NCBI GenBank assembly: GCA_965203515.1
Contig: OZ241907.1
Span: 64,001-128,000, forward strand
Length of the DNA: 64,000 nt
Direction: 5' to 3'
DNA from: Spirochaetia bacterium
GTDB lineage: Bacteria; Spirochaetota; Spirochaetia; SZUA-6; Bin103
Shown: positions 1 through 8,834 of the stretch, piece after piece
Position numbering within the stretch: the first letter of the stretch is position 1
Layout: every line of letters starts with the position of its first letter
Notes under the pieces: model-generated
What the model was told of the DNA's origin: nothing
The model's input: the letters and a program-made list of their open reading frames with translations, nothing else
Database searches by the model: none
Made by a program: the position numbers and the translations under genes

Positions 1-632
1 ACCAACTGGCGGCGAGCCTGGCCGACTGGACCGCGGCCGGGCAGTTGGCAGCCGCGCGCCTGCCCGCGTTCCGGCGCCTGCAGGCGCTGGCCCGCCACGC
101 GGAGGGACTTGCGGCCGCCGGCGCGGCGCAGCCGCAGCTCGCCGCGCTCGTGGAGCACCGGCGGCTGCTGGACGCGACCGATCCGGTGCCCGACCTCGCC
201 GCGCGCCTCACCGATGCGCTGCGCGCCGCGCTGGCGCGGTCGCAAGCGGGCTACGACGAAACGTACCAGGCGGAGCGGCAACGTCTGGAGCAAGCCGAAA
301 GCTGGCGGCAGCTCGATCCCGCCCGGCGCCGCGAAATCCTCGACCGGCTGCGCCTGGAGCCGGTTACCGCCGGGGCGACCGGCACCGAGCAGGAGGTACT
401 GGAGTCGCTGGACCGTATCTCCCTGGATGGCTGGCGCACGCGCGCCGCGGCCCTCCCGCAGTGGTTCGCGCAGGCCCGCGCCGCGGCCGACCGGCTGGTC
501 GAACCGGAGATCCGCCACCATAAGCTCACCGGCGCCACGCTGCGCACGCCGGCAGATGTCCGGGCCTGGATCGAGACCACCGAACGGGAACTGCTGAATC
601 AGGTGGAGCAGGGCCCGGTCGTCATTGGCTGA
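1..632 (+). CDS. brxC: BREX P-loop ATPase BrxC, C-terminal part (5'-truncated by window edge)
   Basis: Frame open from position 3 (QLAASLADW...). Helical C-terminus ending ...GPVVIG lies upstream of pglX-pglZ-brxL in type 1 BREX order. The ATPase motifs are outside the window, so the call rests on context. Confidence 0.7.
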   Translation, partial: QLAASLADWTAAGQLAAARLPAFRRLQALARHAEGLAAAGAAQPQLAALVEHRRLLDATDPVPDLAARLTDALRAALARSQAGYDETYQAERQRLEQAESWRQLDPARRREILDRLRLEPVTAGATGTEQEVLESLDRISLDGWRTRAAALPQWFAQARAAADRLVEPEIRHHKLTGATLRTPADVRAWIETTERELLNQVEQGPVVIG

Positions 633-663
633 GAAGGTACGCCGATATGCGGCGACCGGCTTC

Positions 664-729
664 AGTATCCTTTTCGTCTAGTCACGATTGGACAAGCCGT
701 GACTAGACTAATGGCGGTATCCTTATCGT
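664..729. promoter_or_regulatory. Perfect 11-bp inverted repeat flanked by a near-identical direct repeat; candidate operator
   Basis: GTCTAGTCACG (676-686) and CGTGACTAGAC (698-708) with an 11-nt spacer. GTATCCTT(T/A)TCGT occurs at 665-677 and 717-729. AT-rich intergenic DNA before the ATG at 755. Confidence 0.5.
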
Positions 730-754
730 TTACTCCAGGGGCGGAGCGCACCGA

Positions 755-2494
755 ATGAATTACGAGGACGACGACATCGCGCGGCAGTTGCGGCTGGGTG
801 AGGACAGCGGTTGGGAGTTCAAGCAGATCGAGTTTTCCGGCAACCGCCCGCAGAGCCCGCGCCGCGACGACCTTGCCGATGAGATTGCGGCCTTCGCCAA
901 CAGCGACGGCGGCGTGTTGCTGTGCGGCGTAACCGACCGGGGCGCCGTGCAAGGCATGACGCGGGCGCAGATGGACGCGCTGGAGCGGTTCGTCGTGGAC
1001 CTCTGCACCGACGCGATCAAGCCGCCGGTACGGCCGGCCATCTTGCGCCGGGAGCTGGAGGCCGGCAAGCCGTTCCTGGTGGTCGCGGTGGCTCGGGGGG
1101 AAGCGCAGCACGACAGCCCCGGCGGCAGCTACTACCGCGTGGGAAGCTCGAAGCGCAGGATGACGAGCGACGAGCGGCTGCGGCTGGCGCAACGGCGCGG
1201 GCAGACGCGATTCCTCTGGTTCGACAAGCAGACGGTACCGGAGACGGGGTTCGGTACGCTGGACGAGGCCCTGTGGAAGCCGCTGCTGAGCGCGCAGGGC
1301 GCCGCCGACCCCGCCCTTGCGCTGGAGAAGATGGGGTTGCTCGCGCGCGGCGTCACCGGCGCGGTGGAGGCGACCGTGGCCGGCCTGCTGCTGTGCAGTC
1401 AGGCGCCGGACGAGTGGCTGCCGAATGCCGCCATAACGGCTACGCACTACCGCGGCGTGGACCGCGCTTCAGGTCAGTTGGACGCTCAGACCATCACCGG
1501 ACCGTTGAGCCGGCAGATTGCCGAGGCGGTCGCGTTCGCGGTCCGCAACATGCGGGTCGGCGCCTACAAGAGCCCGGCCCGCATCGACCTGCCGCAATAC
1601 AGCGAACGCGCGCTGTTCGAAGCGATGGTCAACGCGGTGGCGCATCGGGACTACTCGATCCGGGGCAGCCGGATTCGCCTGTCGATGTTCGCCGATCGCA
1701 TCGAGGTCAACTCGCCCGGCGGGCTGGCGAATAATCTCGCGGTGGACACGATGGCCATGCGCCAATCCACGCGCAACGAAGCGCTCGCGTCGGCGCTCGG
1801 CCGCCTGCCGGTCGGCGCCGTCCGCGGGGCGGGCGAGCGGCGCTACTTCATGGAGCGGCGCGGTGACGGCGTGCCGACGATCCTGCGCGAGACGCGCGCG
1901 CTGAGCGGCAAGGCGCCGGAGTATCGGCTGATCGACAACTCCGATCTGTTTCTCACGCTGCCGGCGGCGGCGACCGTCCCTACCCCGGTCAGGATCGTCA
2001 TCGCGGTGCGCAGCCGAGGCGCCGCCGTGCCAAACGTCGATCTGCTGGTGCTGATGCCGAACGAATCGTGGCGACGGGCGACGACCTGCGACGCCGGCGA
2101 GGCGGTGGTCGAGCTGCATCTTTCACACCTTCCCGTCACCGTGTTCGCGGCCGCTGCCGGCTACGCGGCGCACCTGATTCGGGATTGGCAGCCGCGCCGC
2201 GGCGCGCTGACCATCGAGCTCGAACCGCTGCCGGACGGCGGCGCGGTCATCTTCCCGGACGCAACCGGCGAGATTCCCGGGCTTGGAGGGCGGCTCAACC
2301 CGGTGCGTGACCCGCTCGACCGCACCTTCCTCCATGCCTCCGGCATCGCGATCGACCAGGGCCGGCCGCAGCCCGTTCACTTTCTACTCGGCGAGACCCT
2401 GCGGCTTACCGACGCCGATGGCCGCGAACGGCTGGCGCGCATCGTCGACATCATCGGCTGCGCGGCCCTGATAGAGTACCGTCCCGTCGGGTAA
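755..2494 (+). CDS. Schlafen/AlbA_2 domain + HATPase_c_4 (RecG C-terminal-like) protein with extra C-terminal beta-rich domain
   Basis: EDSGWEFK, AFANSDGGVLLCGV, EAMVNAVAHRDY, NSPGGL and MERRGDGV motifs; ~170-aa C-terminal extension. Confidence 0.85.
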   Translation: MNYEDDDIARQLRLGEDSGWEFKQIEFSGNRPQSPRRDDLADEIAAFANSDGGVLLCGVTDRGAVQGMTRAQMDALERFVVDLCTDAIKPPVRPAILRRELEAGKPFLVVAVARGEAQHDSPGGSYYRVGSSKRRMTSDERLRLAQRRGQTRFLWFDKQTVPETGFGTLDEALWKPLLSAQGAADPALALEKMGLLARGVTGAVEATVAGLLLCSQAPDEWLPNAAITATHYRGVDRASGQLDAQTITGPLSRQIAEAVAFAVRNMRVGAYKSPARIDLPQYSERALFEAMVNAVAHRDYSIRGSRIRLSMFADRIEVNSPGGLANNLAVDTMAMRQSTRNEALASALGRLPVGAVRGAGERRYFMERRGDGVPTILRETRALSGKAPEYRLIDNSDLFLTLPAAATVPTPVRIVIAVRSRGAAVPNVDLLVLMPNESWRRATTCDAGEAVVELHLSHLPVTVFAAAAGYAAHLIRDWQPRRGALTIELEPLPDGGAVIFPDATGEIPGLGGRLNPVRDPLDRTFLHASGIAIDQGRPQPVHFLLGETLRLTDADGRERLARIVDIIGCAALIEYRPVG

Positions 2495-2670
2495 CGCGTA
2501 GCAGACGACCTTGCAGCGCCTGCGAAAGGAGGCGCTGACCGAATGGCTGCAGCGATACCAGCTCGGACAGCTCTGGGCCTCGGGTTCGATCGGGGGCAAT
2601 CGCTGGTGAGCGGCTGCGGTAGCGGTACGCGACGCGCGTTCGGAGTATGGTGGTGGGCGGAGGGTCGCAG

Positions 2671-3474
2671 ATGGCACGCGTAGCAGGCACGGCACTCGCT
2701 CCGGTTGCTCCGGAGGAGATCGAGTACCCCAGTTCGGACGGCGAGCGGGTGGCGGAAAGCAGCTTTCAACTCATCCCGCTGTTCTACGCCTTCGACGCGC
2801 TGCGGCGCCGCTATGCCGCTCGTGAGGACGTGTTCGTAGCGGCCGTCCTGCTGTTGTACTACCAGGAGGGCAACCCGGCGGCGCGGGTGGCGCCGGACGT
2901 ATTCGTGGTGCTTGGCGCGGCGAATCGCCCGCGCCACACGTATCAGTTGTGGAAGGAACCGAAGGGGCCGGACTTCGTGCTGGAGATCACCTCGGCAAGC
3001 ACCAGGGACCGGGATCAGGGACCGAAGCGAGAGACGTACCGACAGTTGGGAGTGCGGGAGTACTTCCAGTACGACCCGACGCGGGACTATCTGGACCCGC
3101 CGTTGCAGGGGCTGGAACTGATCGGGGGAAGGTACGAGCTGCGGCCGCCCGATGAGCTGGCGGACGGAACTCTGCGGCTGGAGAGCAAGGTGCTGGGGCT
3201 GGAATTGCGGGAGGAGGCGGAGCGGCTGCGGTTCTACGATCCGGCCCCGCAGGGCTATCTGCTTTCGTCGAAGGAACTAGAGCAGCGGCGGAAGCGGGCA
3301 GAGGAGCGGATGCGGTTGGAAGCCGCCGCCCACCGCCAGACGGAAGCCCGTCTCCATGACGAAGCCACCGCCCGCCGCCAAGCGGAGGCCGCCCAGAGCC
3401 AAGCGGAAGAGCGCATCGCCGCACTTGAGGCGCTGCTCCGCGAGCGGGGTGAGAACGGCACACTAGGCAGATAG
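2671..3474 (+). CDS. Uma2 family (DUF820) PD-(D/E)XK endonuclease with coiled-coil tail
   Basis: IEYPSSDG, APDVFVV, PDFVLEITS, LGVREYFQYDP; C-terminal AEER-rich coiled coil. An alternative ATG is at 2647. Confidence 0.88.
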   Translation: MARVAGTALAPVAPEEIEYPSSDGERVAESSFQLIPLFYAFDALRRRYAAREDVFVAAVLLLYYQEGNPAARVAPDVFVVLGAANRPRHTYQLWKEPKGPDFVLEITSASTRDRDQGPKRETYRQLGVREYFQYDPTRDYLDPPLQGLELIGGRYELRPPDELADGTLRLESKVLGLELREEAERLRFYDPAPQGYLLSSKELEQRRKRAEERMRLEAAAHRQTEARLHDEATARRQAEAAQSQAEERIAALEALLRERGENGTLGR

Positions 3475-3483
3475 CCGCCGGCG

Positions 3484-6400
3484 ATGACGACCCTGTCAGC
3501 GGACCTGCGCCGGCAACTGGAGCGCACCGTCATGCAAGCGCGCGACGTCGCCGAGACCGGCGCCCGAGCGGCGCTGGAGGCGCTCGCCGTTGCCGAAGCC
3601 CAGCCCTACGGTCACATGGACACCGCGCAGCGCGACCTGCGTCTGCGGCTGCGCGCCCACGCCCGGCAGCTCGGCGACCGCCTCGGCGCCGCTGCGGGAG
3701 CCCGGTCGATCGATCACGTGGTCTACGAGTGCGCCTATGAGCACTGGCACGGCATGCTGTTCGCCCGCTTCCTGGCCGAGAACCACCTGCTGATCGAGCC
3801 GGAACTGGGCATCGCGGTCACCCTGGCGGAGTGCGCGGAACTGGCCCAGGAGGAGCAGGACGCCGACCAGTGGACGCTGGCCGCGCGCTTCGCCCAGCGC
3901 ATGCTGCCGCAGGTGTTCCGACCTGGCCAACCGGCCTGCGCGGTCCGCCTCGCCCGCGAACACCGGCTGGCGTTGGAGCGGCTGGTCGAGAGCCTGCCGG
4001 CGGAGGTGTTCGCGGCAGACGACTCGCTCGGCTGGGTCTACCAGTTCTGGCAATCGGCCGCGAAGGCCGAGGTGAACCGTTCCGAGGTCAAGATCGGCGC
4101 GGACGAGCTGGCCGCGGTGACGCAACTGTTCACCGAGCCCTACATGGTGAGCTTCCTGCTGGACAACTCCCTGGGGGCGTGGTGGGCGTCACGCCGCCTG
4201 CCCGACCTGACCGAGGCCGCGCTGACCGGCGCCGGCACGGAAGCGGAATTGCGCCGAGCGGCGGCGCTGCCCGGTGTGCCGCTCGATTATCTGCGCTTCG
4301 TGCGCCACGATGAAGGAGAAGGAACCGGGCCTGCGCGGTGGCGTCCCGCGGCCGGCGCATTCGACGGCTGGCCGGAGCAGCTCGGCGACCTGAAGGTTCT
4401 GGACCCCTGCTGCGGTTCGGGACACTTCCTGGTCGCCACCCTGGGGATGCTGGTGCCGATGCGCATGGAAAGCGAGGGGCTGACCCCGCGCGCGGCCGTG
4501 GACGCGGTGCTGCGCGACAACCTGCACGGCCTGGAACTGGACCCGCGTTGCGTGGAGCTGGCCGCGTTCGCCCTGGCACTGGCCGCCTGGCGCTGGCCCG
4601 ACGCCGGCGGCTATCGACCGCTGCCGACGCTGAACGTGGCCTGCTCAGGGCTCGCGCCCAACGCGGCCAAGGAGGAGTGGACCGCGTTGGCGGAGCAGGC
4701 CGCCGCCGGCGATACCGCGCTTTCGGCGCAGCTTCGCGGCAGCCTGGACGCGCTGCACGATCTGTTTCGGCAGGCGCCGCTGCTGGGCTCGCTGATCGAC
4801 CCGCGGACGCTGAAGCGGGAGCTGTTTCAGGGTGACTACGAGTCGGTGCAGGCGCTGTTCGCCGCCGCGGCCGCATCGGAGCGCGCCACCTTCGAGCAGA
4901 CCGAGCGCGCGGTAGCGGCGCAGGGAATCGCGCGCGCCGCCGAGTTGCTGGCCGGCCGCTACCACCTCGTGATCACGAATGTTCCCTACCTTGTACGCCG
5001 CAAGCAGAGCGAAGAGCTACGCGCCTTCTGCGAAGCCCGCTACCCGGCCGCCAAGAACGATCTGGCCACCGTATACCTGGAACGTGCCTTGAGTCTGTGC
5101 GTAGAAGGAGGAACCGCCACCTTGGTGATGCCGCAGAACTGGCTGTTCCTCTCCAGCTACAAGTCGCTCCGTTCGAAGCTGCTGAAGACGCAGACGTGGC
5201 AATTGCTAGCGCGCCTCGGCACAAGGTCTTTTCGGACTCCAATGTACGATTTCAACATTCAGTTGATGACCGTCACTAAGGGTCAAGGTGCCGAGGTAAC
5301 CGACCTGACGTATAGCCTTGATGTTTCCGCATTCCACACCGATGTCGAGAAGTCGGCACGGTTGTCGGCGGTTACGGTAACCGGGTCTCCGCAGCAGGAA
5401 TACCTTGCGAATCCAAAGGCAGTCATTTCGTCTGGCCGTCCTCCGGCAGGCGGAATGCGGTTGGCAGACGTCGCTGACTTCGGCAAGGGCAGTACTACCG
5501 GTGACGCTCCGAGATTCCTGTCCTGCTTCTGGGAGTTTCCGGAAGTCGCGTCCCATCACGTCTTGTGGCTCAACTCGCCAAGTGAGCATGCATGGTCCGG
5601 AAGGACGCAGATTTGCAAGGTGCCCTTGAACCACGACGACCTGAGCGTCCAGCGAGGTTGCTGGATACGGGGACAGGGTGTCTTTGGCCGCGCCGGAGTC
5701 GCAGTCAACAAGATGCAGCGGCTGGAACCCTTTCTCTACGCCGGGGAAGTGTTCGACGACAACGTATGCCCGATCGCGCCGAAAGATGCCGGTCTGATCC
5801 CGGCCGTATGGTCGTACGTCCAATCGGCCCACTATCACGACGACGTACGGTCCGTTGACCAGGCGCTGAAGGTTACGGCCGGGACGCTGACGGCCGTTCC
5901 CTTCGACCCGGACCGCTGGACCGAGGTCGCCGCCGAACAATATCCCAACGGCCTTCCGCTCCCCTACACCGACGATCCCACGCAATGGATATTCCACGGC
6001 CATCCGTGCGGGTCGGTCATCTGGGACGAAACGACCAGGCGCACTGCCAACGGACCGTACCGGGAAGACGCTAGCGTGCTGCAGGTCGCCGTAGCCCGCC
6101 TGCTCGGCTACCGCTGGCCGGCGGAACGGGACGATGCCATGGAACTGGCCGCCGAACAGCGCGCCTGGGTCCGCCGCTGCGCCGCGCTGCACCGCTTCTC
6201 GGACCAGGACGGCATCGTCTGCCTGCCGGCGGTGCGCGGCGAACTGCCCGCTGCCGACCGCCTGCTGCGCCTGCTGGCCGCCGCCTTCGGCGAGGCGTGG
6301 AGCGACGCCACGCTCCCTCGCCTCCTGGCCGCTGCCGGCAGCCCCAGCCTCGACGACTGGCTGCGCAACCGCTTCTTCGAGCAGCACTGCAAGCGCTTCC

Positions 6401-7050
6401 ATCACCGCCCGTTCATCTGGCACGTCTGGGACGGCCGCCGCGACGGCTTTCACGCCCTGGTCAACTACCACAAGCTGGCAGCCGGGGGACAGCAAGGCCG
6501 GCAGCTCCTCGAATCCCTCACCTACAGCTACCTGGGCGACTGGATCACCCGCCGGAAAGACGGCGTGGAACGCGGCGCCGCCGGCGCCGAGGAGCGGCTT
6601 GCCGCCGCCTTTGCACTGCAACGGCGCCTCGCCGCGATCCTCGACGGCGAACCGCCGTTCGACCTGTTCATCCGCTGGAAGCCGCTCGCCGCGCAACCGA
6701 TCGGCTGGCACCCCGACGTCAACGACGGCGTGCGGCTCAACATCCGCCCCTTCATGGCCGCCGACCTCGCCGGCGGCAAGAAGGGCGCCGGCATCCTGCG
6801 CGCCAGACCTAACGTCCACTGGCGCAAGGACCGCGGCAAGGAACCCCGCACGCTGACCGCCGGCGGCAAGCCCTCGCCCTGGGCGCAAGACGACCGCGGT
6901 CTGGACGACGCCCGCGAGCTGCGCCCCCAGGAGGACTACCCGTGGTTCTGGCGGGGCGACCGGTTCACCGGCGACCGGGTAAACGACGTCCATCTCAAGA
7001 ACGCCACAAAATCAGAGCCTCGGAGGGAGATGCTTGGCTCAGAATGGTAG
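3484..7050 (+). CDS. pglX: BREX adenine methyltransferase PglX (BrxX)
   Basis: 1188 aa; TQLFTEPYMV, SAM-binding VLDPCCGSGHFL, catalytic motif ITNVPY, C-terminal RPFIWHVWDG; located between brxC and pglZ. Confidence 0.88.
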   Translation: MTTLSADLRRQLERTVMQARDVAETGARAALEALAVAEAQPYGHMDTAQRDLRLRLRAHARQLGDRLGAAAGARSIDHVVYECAYEHWHGMLFARFLAENHLLIEPELGIAVTLAECAELAQEEQDADQWTLAARFAQRMLPQVFRPGQPACAVRLAREHRLALERLVESLPAEVFAADDSLGWVYQFWQSAAKAEVNRSEVKIGADELAAVTQLFTEPYMVSFLLDNSLGAWWASRRLPDLTEAALTGAGTEAELRRAAALPGVPLDYLRFVRHDEGEGTGPARWRPAAGAFDGWPEQLGDLKVLDPCCGSGHFLVATLGMLVPMRMESEGLTPRAAVDAVLRDNLHGLELDPRCVELAAFALALAAWRWPDAGGYRPLPTLNVACSGLAPNAAKEEWTALAEQAAAGDTALSAQLRGSLDALHDLFRQAPLLGSLIDPRTLKRELFQGDYESVQALFAAAAASERATFEQTERAVAAQGIARAAELLAGRYHLVITNVPYLVRRKQSEELRAFCEARYPAAKNDLATVYLERALSLCVEGGTATLVMPQNWLFLSSYKSLRSKLLKTQTWQLLARLGTRSFRTPMYDFNIQLMTVTKGQGAEVTDLTYSLDVSAFHTDVEKSARLSAVTVTGSPQQEYLANPKAVISSGRPPAGGMRLADVADFGKGSTTGDAPRFLSCFWEFPEVASHHVLWLNSPSEHAWSGRTQICKVPLNHDDLSVQRGCWIRGQGVFGRAGVAVNKMQRLEPFLYAGEVFDDNVCPIAPKDAGLIPAVWSYVQSAHYHDDVRSVDQALKVTAGTLTAVPFDPDRWTEVAAEQYPNGLPLPYTDDPTQWIFHGHPCGSVIWDETTRRTANGPYREDASVLQVAVARLLGYRWPAERDDAMELAAEQRAWVRRCAALHRFSDQDGIVCLPAVRGELPAADRLLRLLAAAFGEAWSDATLPRLLAAAGSPSLDDWLRNRFFEQHCKRFHHRPFIWHVWDGRRDGFHALVNYHKLAAGGQQGRQLLESLTYSYLGDWITRRKDGVERGAAGAEERLAAAFALQRRLAAILDGEPPFDLFIRWKPLAAQPIGWHPDVNDGVRLNIRPFMAADLAGGKKGAGILRARPNVHWRKDRGKEPRTLTAGGKPSPWAQDDRGLDDARELRPQEDYPWFWRGDRFTGDRVNDVHLKNATKSEPRREMLGSEW

Positions 7051-7192
7051 GCGTTCTCGGCGTGTTGACGATCTCTGCGAGGCTATAGACTCACGTCGAA
7101 TGACGTTGCCGCGCCAGTCAGAGCAACCGGCCGCCCGGGTGACGAAGCTGTGTGACACCTTGAACGTCACTCCGCCAGGACTACTGATTCAG

Positions 7193-7402
7193 ATGGAGCG
7201 AGAAGTATGGCAGGACCTCGACACGGGCTTGTATGTGTCGCATTGCAACCCGCTTGACGTATGTTCGCAGGGAGATTCCGAGGAAGAGGCGGTCCAGAAT
7301 CTGAACGAAGCAATCCAGATTTTCCTTTCAACCTGCTACGAAATGGGAACTTTGAACGAAGTTCTCATGGATTGTGGATTGTCAAAGGAGATCGAATCAT
7401 GA
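7193..7402 (+). CDS. HicB-family antitoxin-like protein
   Basis: LYVSHCNPLDVCSQGDSEEEAVQNLNEAI matches the HicB partial RNase H fold pattern. Start uncertain (frame open from 7034). Confidence 0.7.
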   Translation: MEREVWQDLDTGLYVSHCNPLDVCSQGDSEEEAVQNLNEAIQIFLSTCYEMGTLNEVLMDCGLSKEIES

Positions 7403-7611
7403 ACAAGCAGCCCGTATCGTCATCGACGGTCAGATCGATAGGGTATGACCGCCAGACCGAGACGCTTGAGATCGAGTTCGGGAGCGGCCGCGTGTACCAG
7501 TACTATGGCGTTCCGGACCGTTTGCACGTCGAGATCATGCAGGCGCCATCGAAGGGGCAGTTCTTCAATACTTACATCAGGGATCAATATCCGTATTCAC
7601 GGGTGGGGTGA
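7399..7611 (+). CDS. KTSC domain protein
   Basis: VSSSTVRSIGYD..TLEIEF.SGRVYQY.GVP....SKGQFFN.YIRDQY is the KTSC pattern. ATGA overlap with the HicB stop; AAGGAG upstream. Confidence 0.9.
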   Translation: MNKQPVSSSTVRSIGYDRQTETLEIEFGSGRVYQYYGVPDRLHVEIMQAPSKGQFFNTYIRDQYPYSRVG

Positions 7612-7625
7612 CCGGCGAGTGATCG

Positions 7626-8834
7626 ATGACGATCGAATGGCCTGAGGTCGAGCGGCGCATCGCCGCCGGGGAGGACGACCGTACCGAGTTCAAGCGCGGG
7701 ATCGGGGACCTGCGCGCGGTCGCCCGGACGTTGTGCGCGTTCGCCAACGGCGCCGGCGGGCTGCTCGTGATCGGCGTCGATGACCGCGGCGCGGTCGCCG
7801 GCGTGGCCGCGGATGCCGAAGCGGTGCAGGAACGGCTGACCGGGCTGCTGCACACCGCCTGCGGCAAGCCGGTCACCGCGCGCTGCGGCCGGCGCGACAC
7901 CGGCGCCGGCTGGGTGCACTGGATCGCCGTGCATCGCCATCAGCGCGGCTACGAGCCGTTCGCGTACGACGGCCGCTTCTGGATCCGACGCGGCCGCGCC
8001 ACCGTCGCCCCGTCGCCGTCCGAGCTGCAGGAGCTGTTCAACGCCTTCGGGTTCGTGCTCACCGAGCGGCAGATCATCCCCTCGGCGACGGTCGAGGAGA
8101 TCGACTTCGGCGCCGTGCGCTCCTTCATGCGGGCGCAGGGCCTCGATACCGAGCGCGAGCCGCAGCCGGCGCGCGCGGACGACCTGCGCAACGCCAGCGT
8201 CGCCGACGAGCTGGACGGCGCGTTGCGCCCCACGCTGTACGGCGCGATGGTGTTCGGGCGCGACCCGCAGGCGTACCCCCACACCCTGAACCTGTTCGTG
8301 CAGTGCGTCCGCTACGGCGGCCTCGACCAGGCAGCCGAGGTGCTGAGCGCGGGCGAGGGCAAGGGCCGCCTGGAAGATCAGGTGACGCGCGCCATGGGAT
8401 GGTTTCGCAGCCTGGGCCGGCGCGAGGTCTACGAGGGCCTCTACCGCCGCGACCTGCCGCTGCTGCCGGAAGACGCGCTGCGCGAGGCGCTGGTCAACGC
8501 CGTCATCCACCGCGACTACGCCCTCACCGGGTCGCCGGTCCTGCTGGAAGTGTTCGACGACCGCATCGCGGTGACCAGCCCCGGCGCGCTGCCCAACCAC
8601 ATGACGGTGCAGCAGGCTCGCCTGGGCGGCGCGCCGCGATCCCGCAACGAGATGATGGCCAACGCCATGGTGGTGCGCCGGCTGATGGAGCGGCGCGGGC
8701 GCGGCTGGTTGATGATGCGCCACGCCATGCGGCGCTTCAACGGGACCGAGCCGGCGCTCCACAACGACGAGCGCGACCGCTTCGTGCGGGTGACGTTCGA
8801 TCTGCGGCCGGCTCCCGCGGCAGGCGGCGCGTGA
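7626..8834 (+). CDS. Second Schlafen/AlbA_2 + HATPase_c_4 protein
   Basis: EDDRTEFKR, CAFANGAGGLLVIGV, REALVNAVIHRDY, TSPGALP and MERRGRG motifs. Confidence 0.85.
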   Translation: MTIEWPEVERRIAAGEDDRTEFKRGIGDLRAVARTLCAFANGAGGLLVIGVDDRGAVAGVAADAEAVQERLTGLLHTACGKPVTARCGRRDTGAGWVHWIAVHRHQRGYEPFAYDGRFWIRRGRATVAPSPSELQELFNAFGFVLTERQIIPSATVEEIDFGAVRSFMRAQGLDTEREPQPARADDLRNASVADELDGALRPTLYGAMVFGRDPQAYPHTLNLFVQCVRYGGLDQAAEVLSAGEGKGRLEDQVTRAMGWFRSLGRREVYEGLYRRDLPLLPEDALREALVNAVIHRDYALTGSPVLLEVFDDRIAVTSPGALPNHMTVQQARLGGAPRSRNEMMANAMVVRRLMERRGRGWLMMRHAMRRFNGTEPALHNDERDRFVRVTFDLRPAPAAGGA

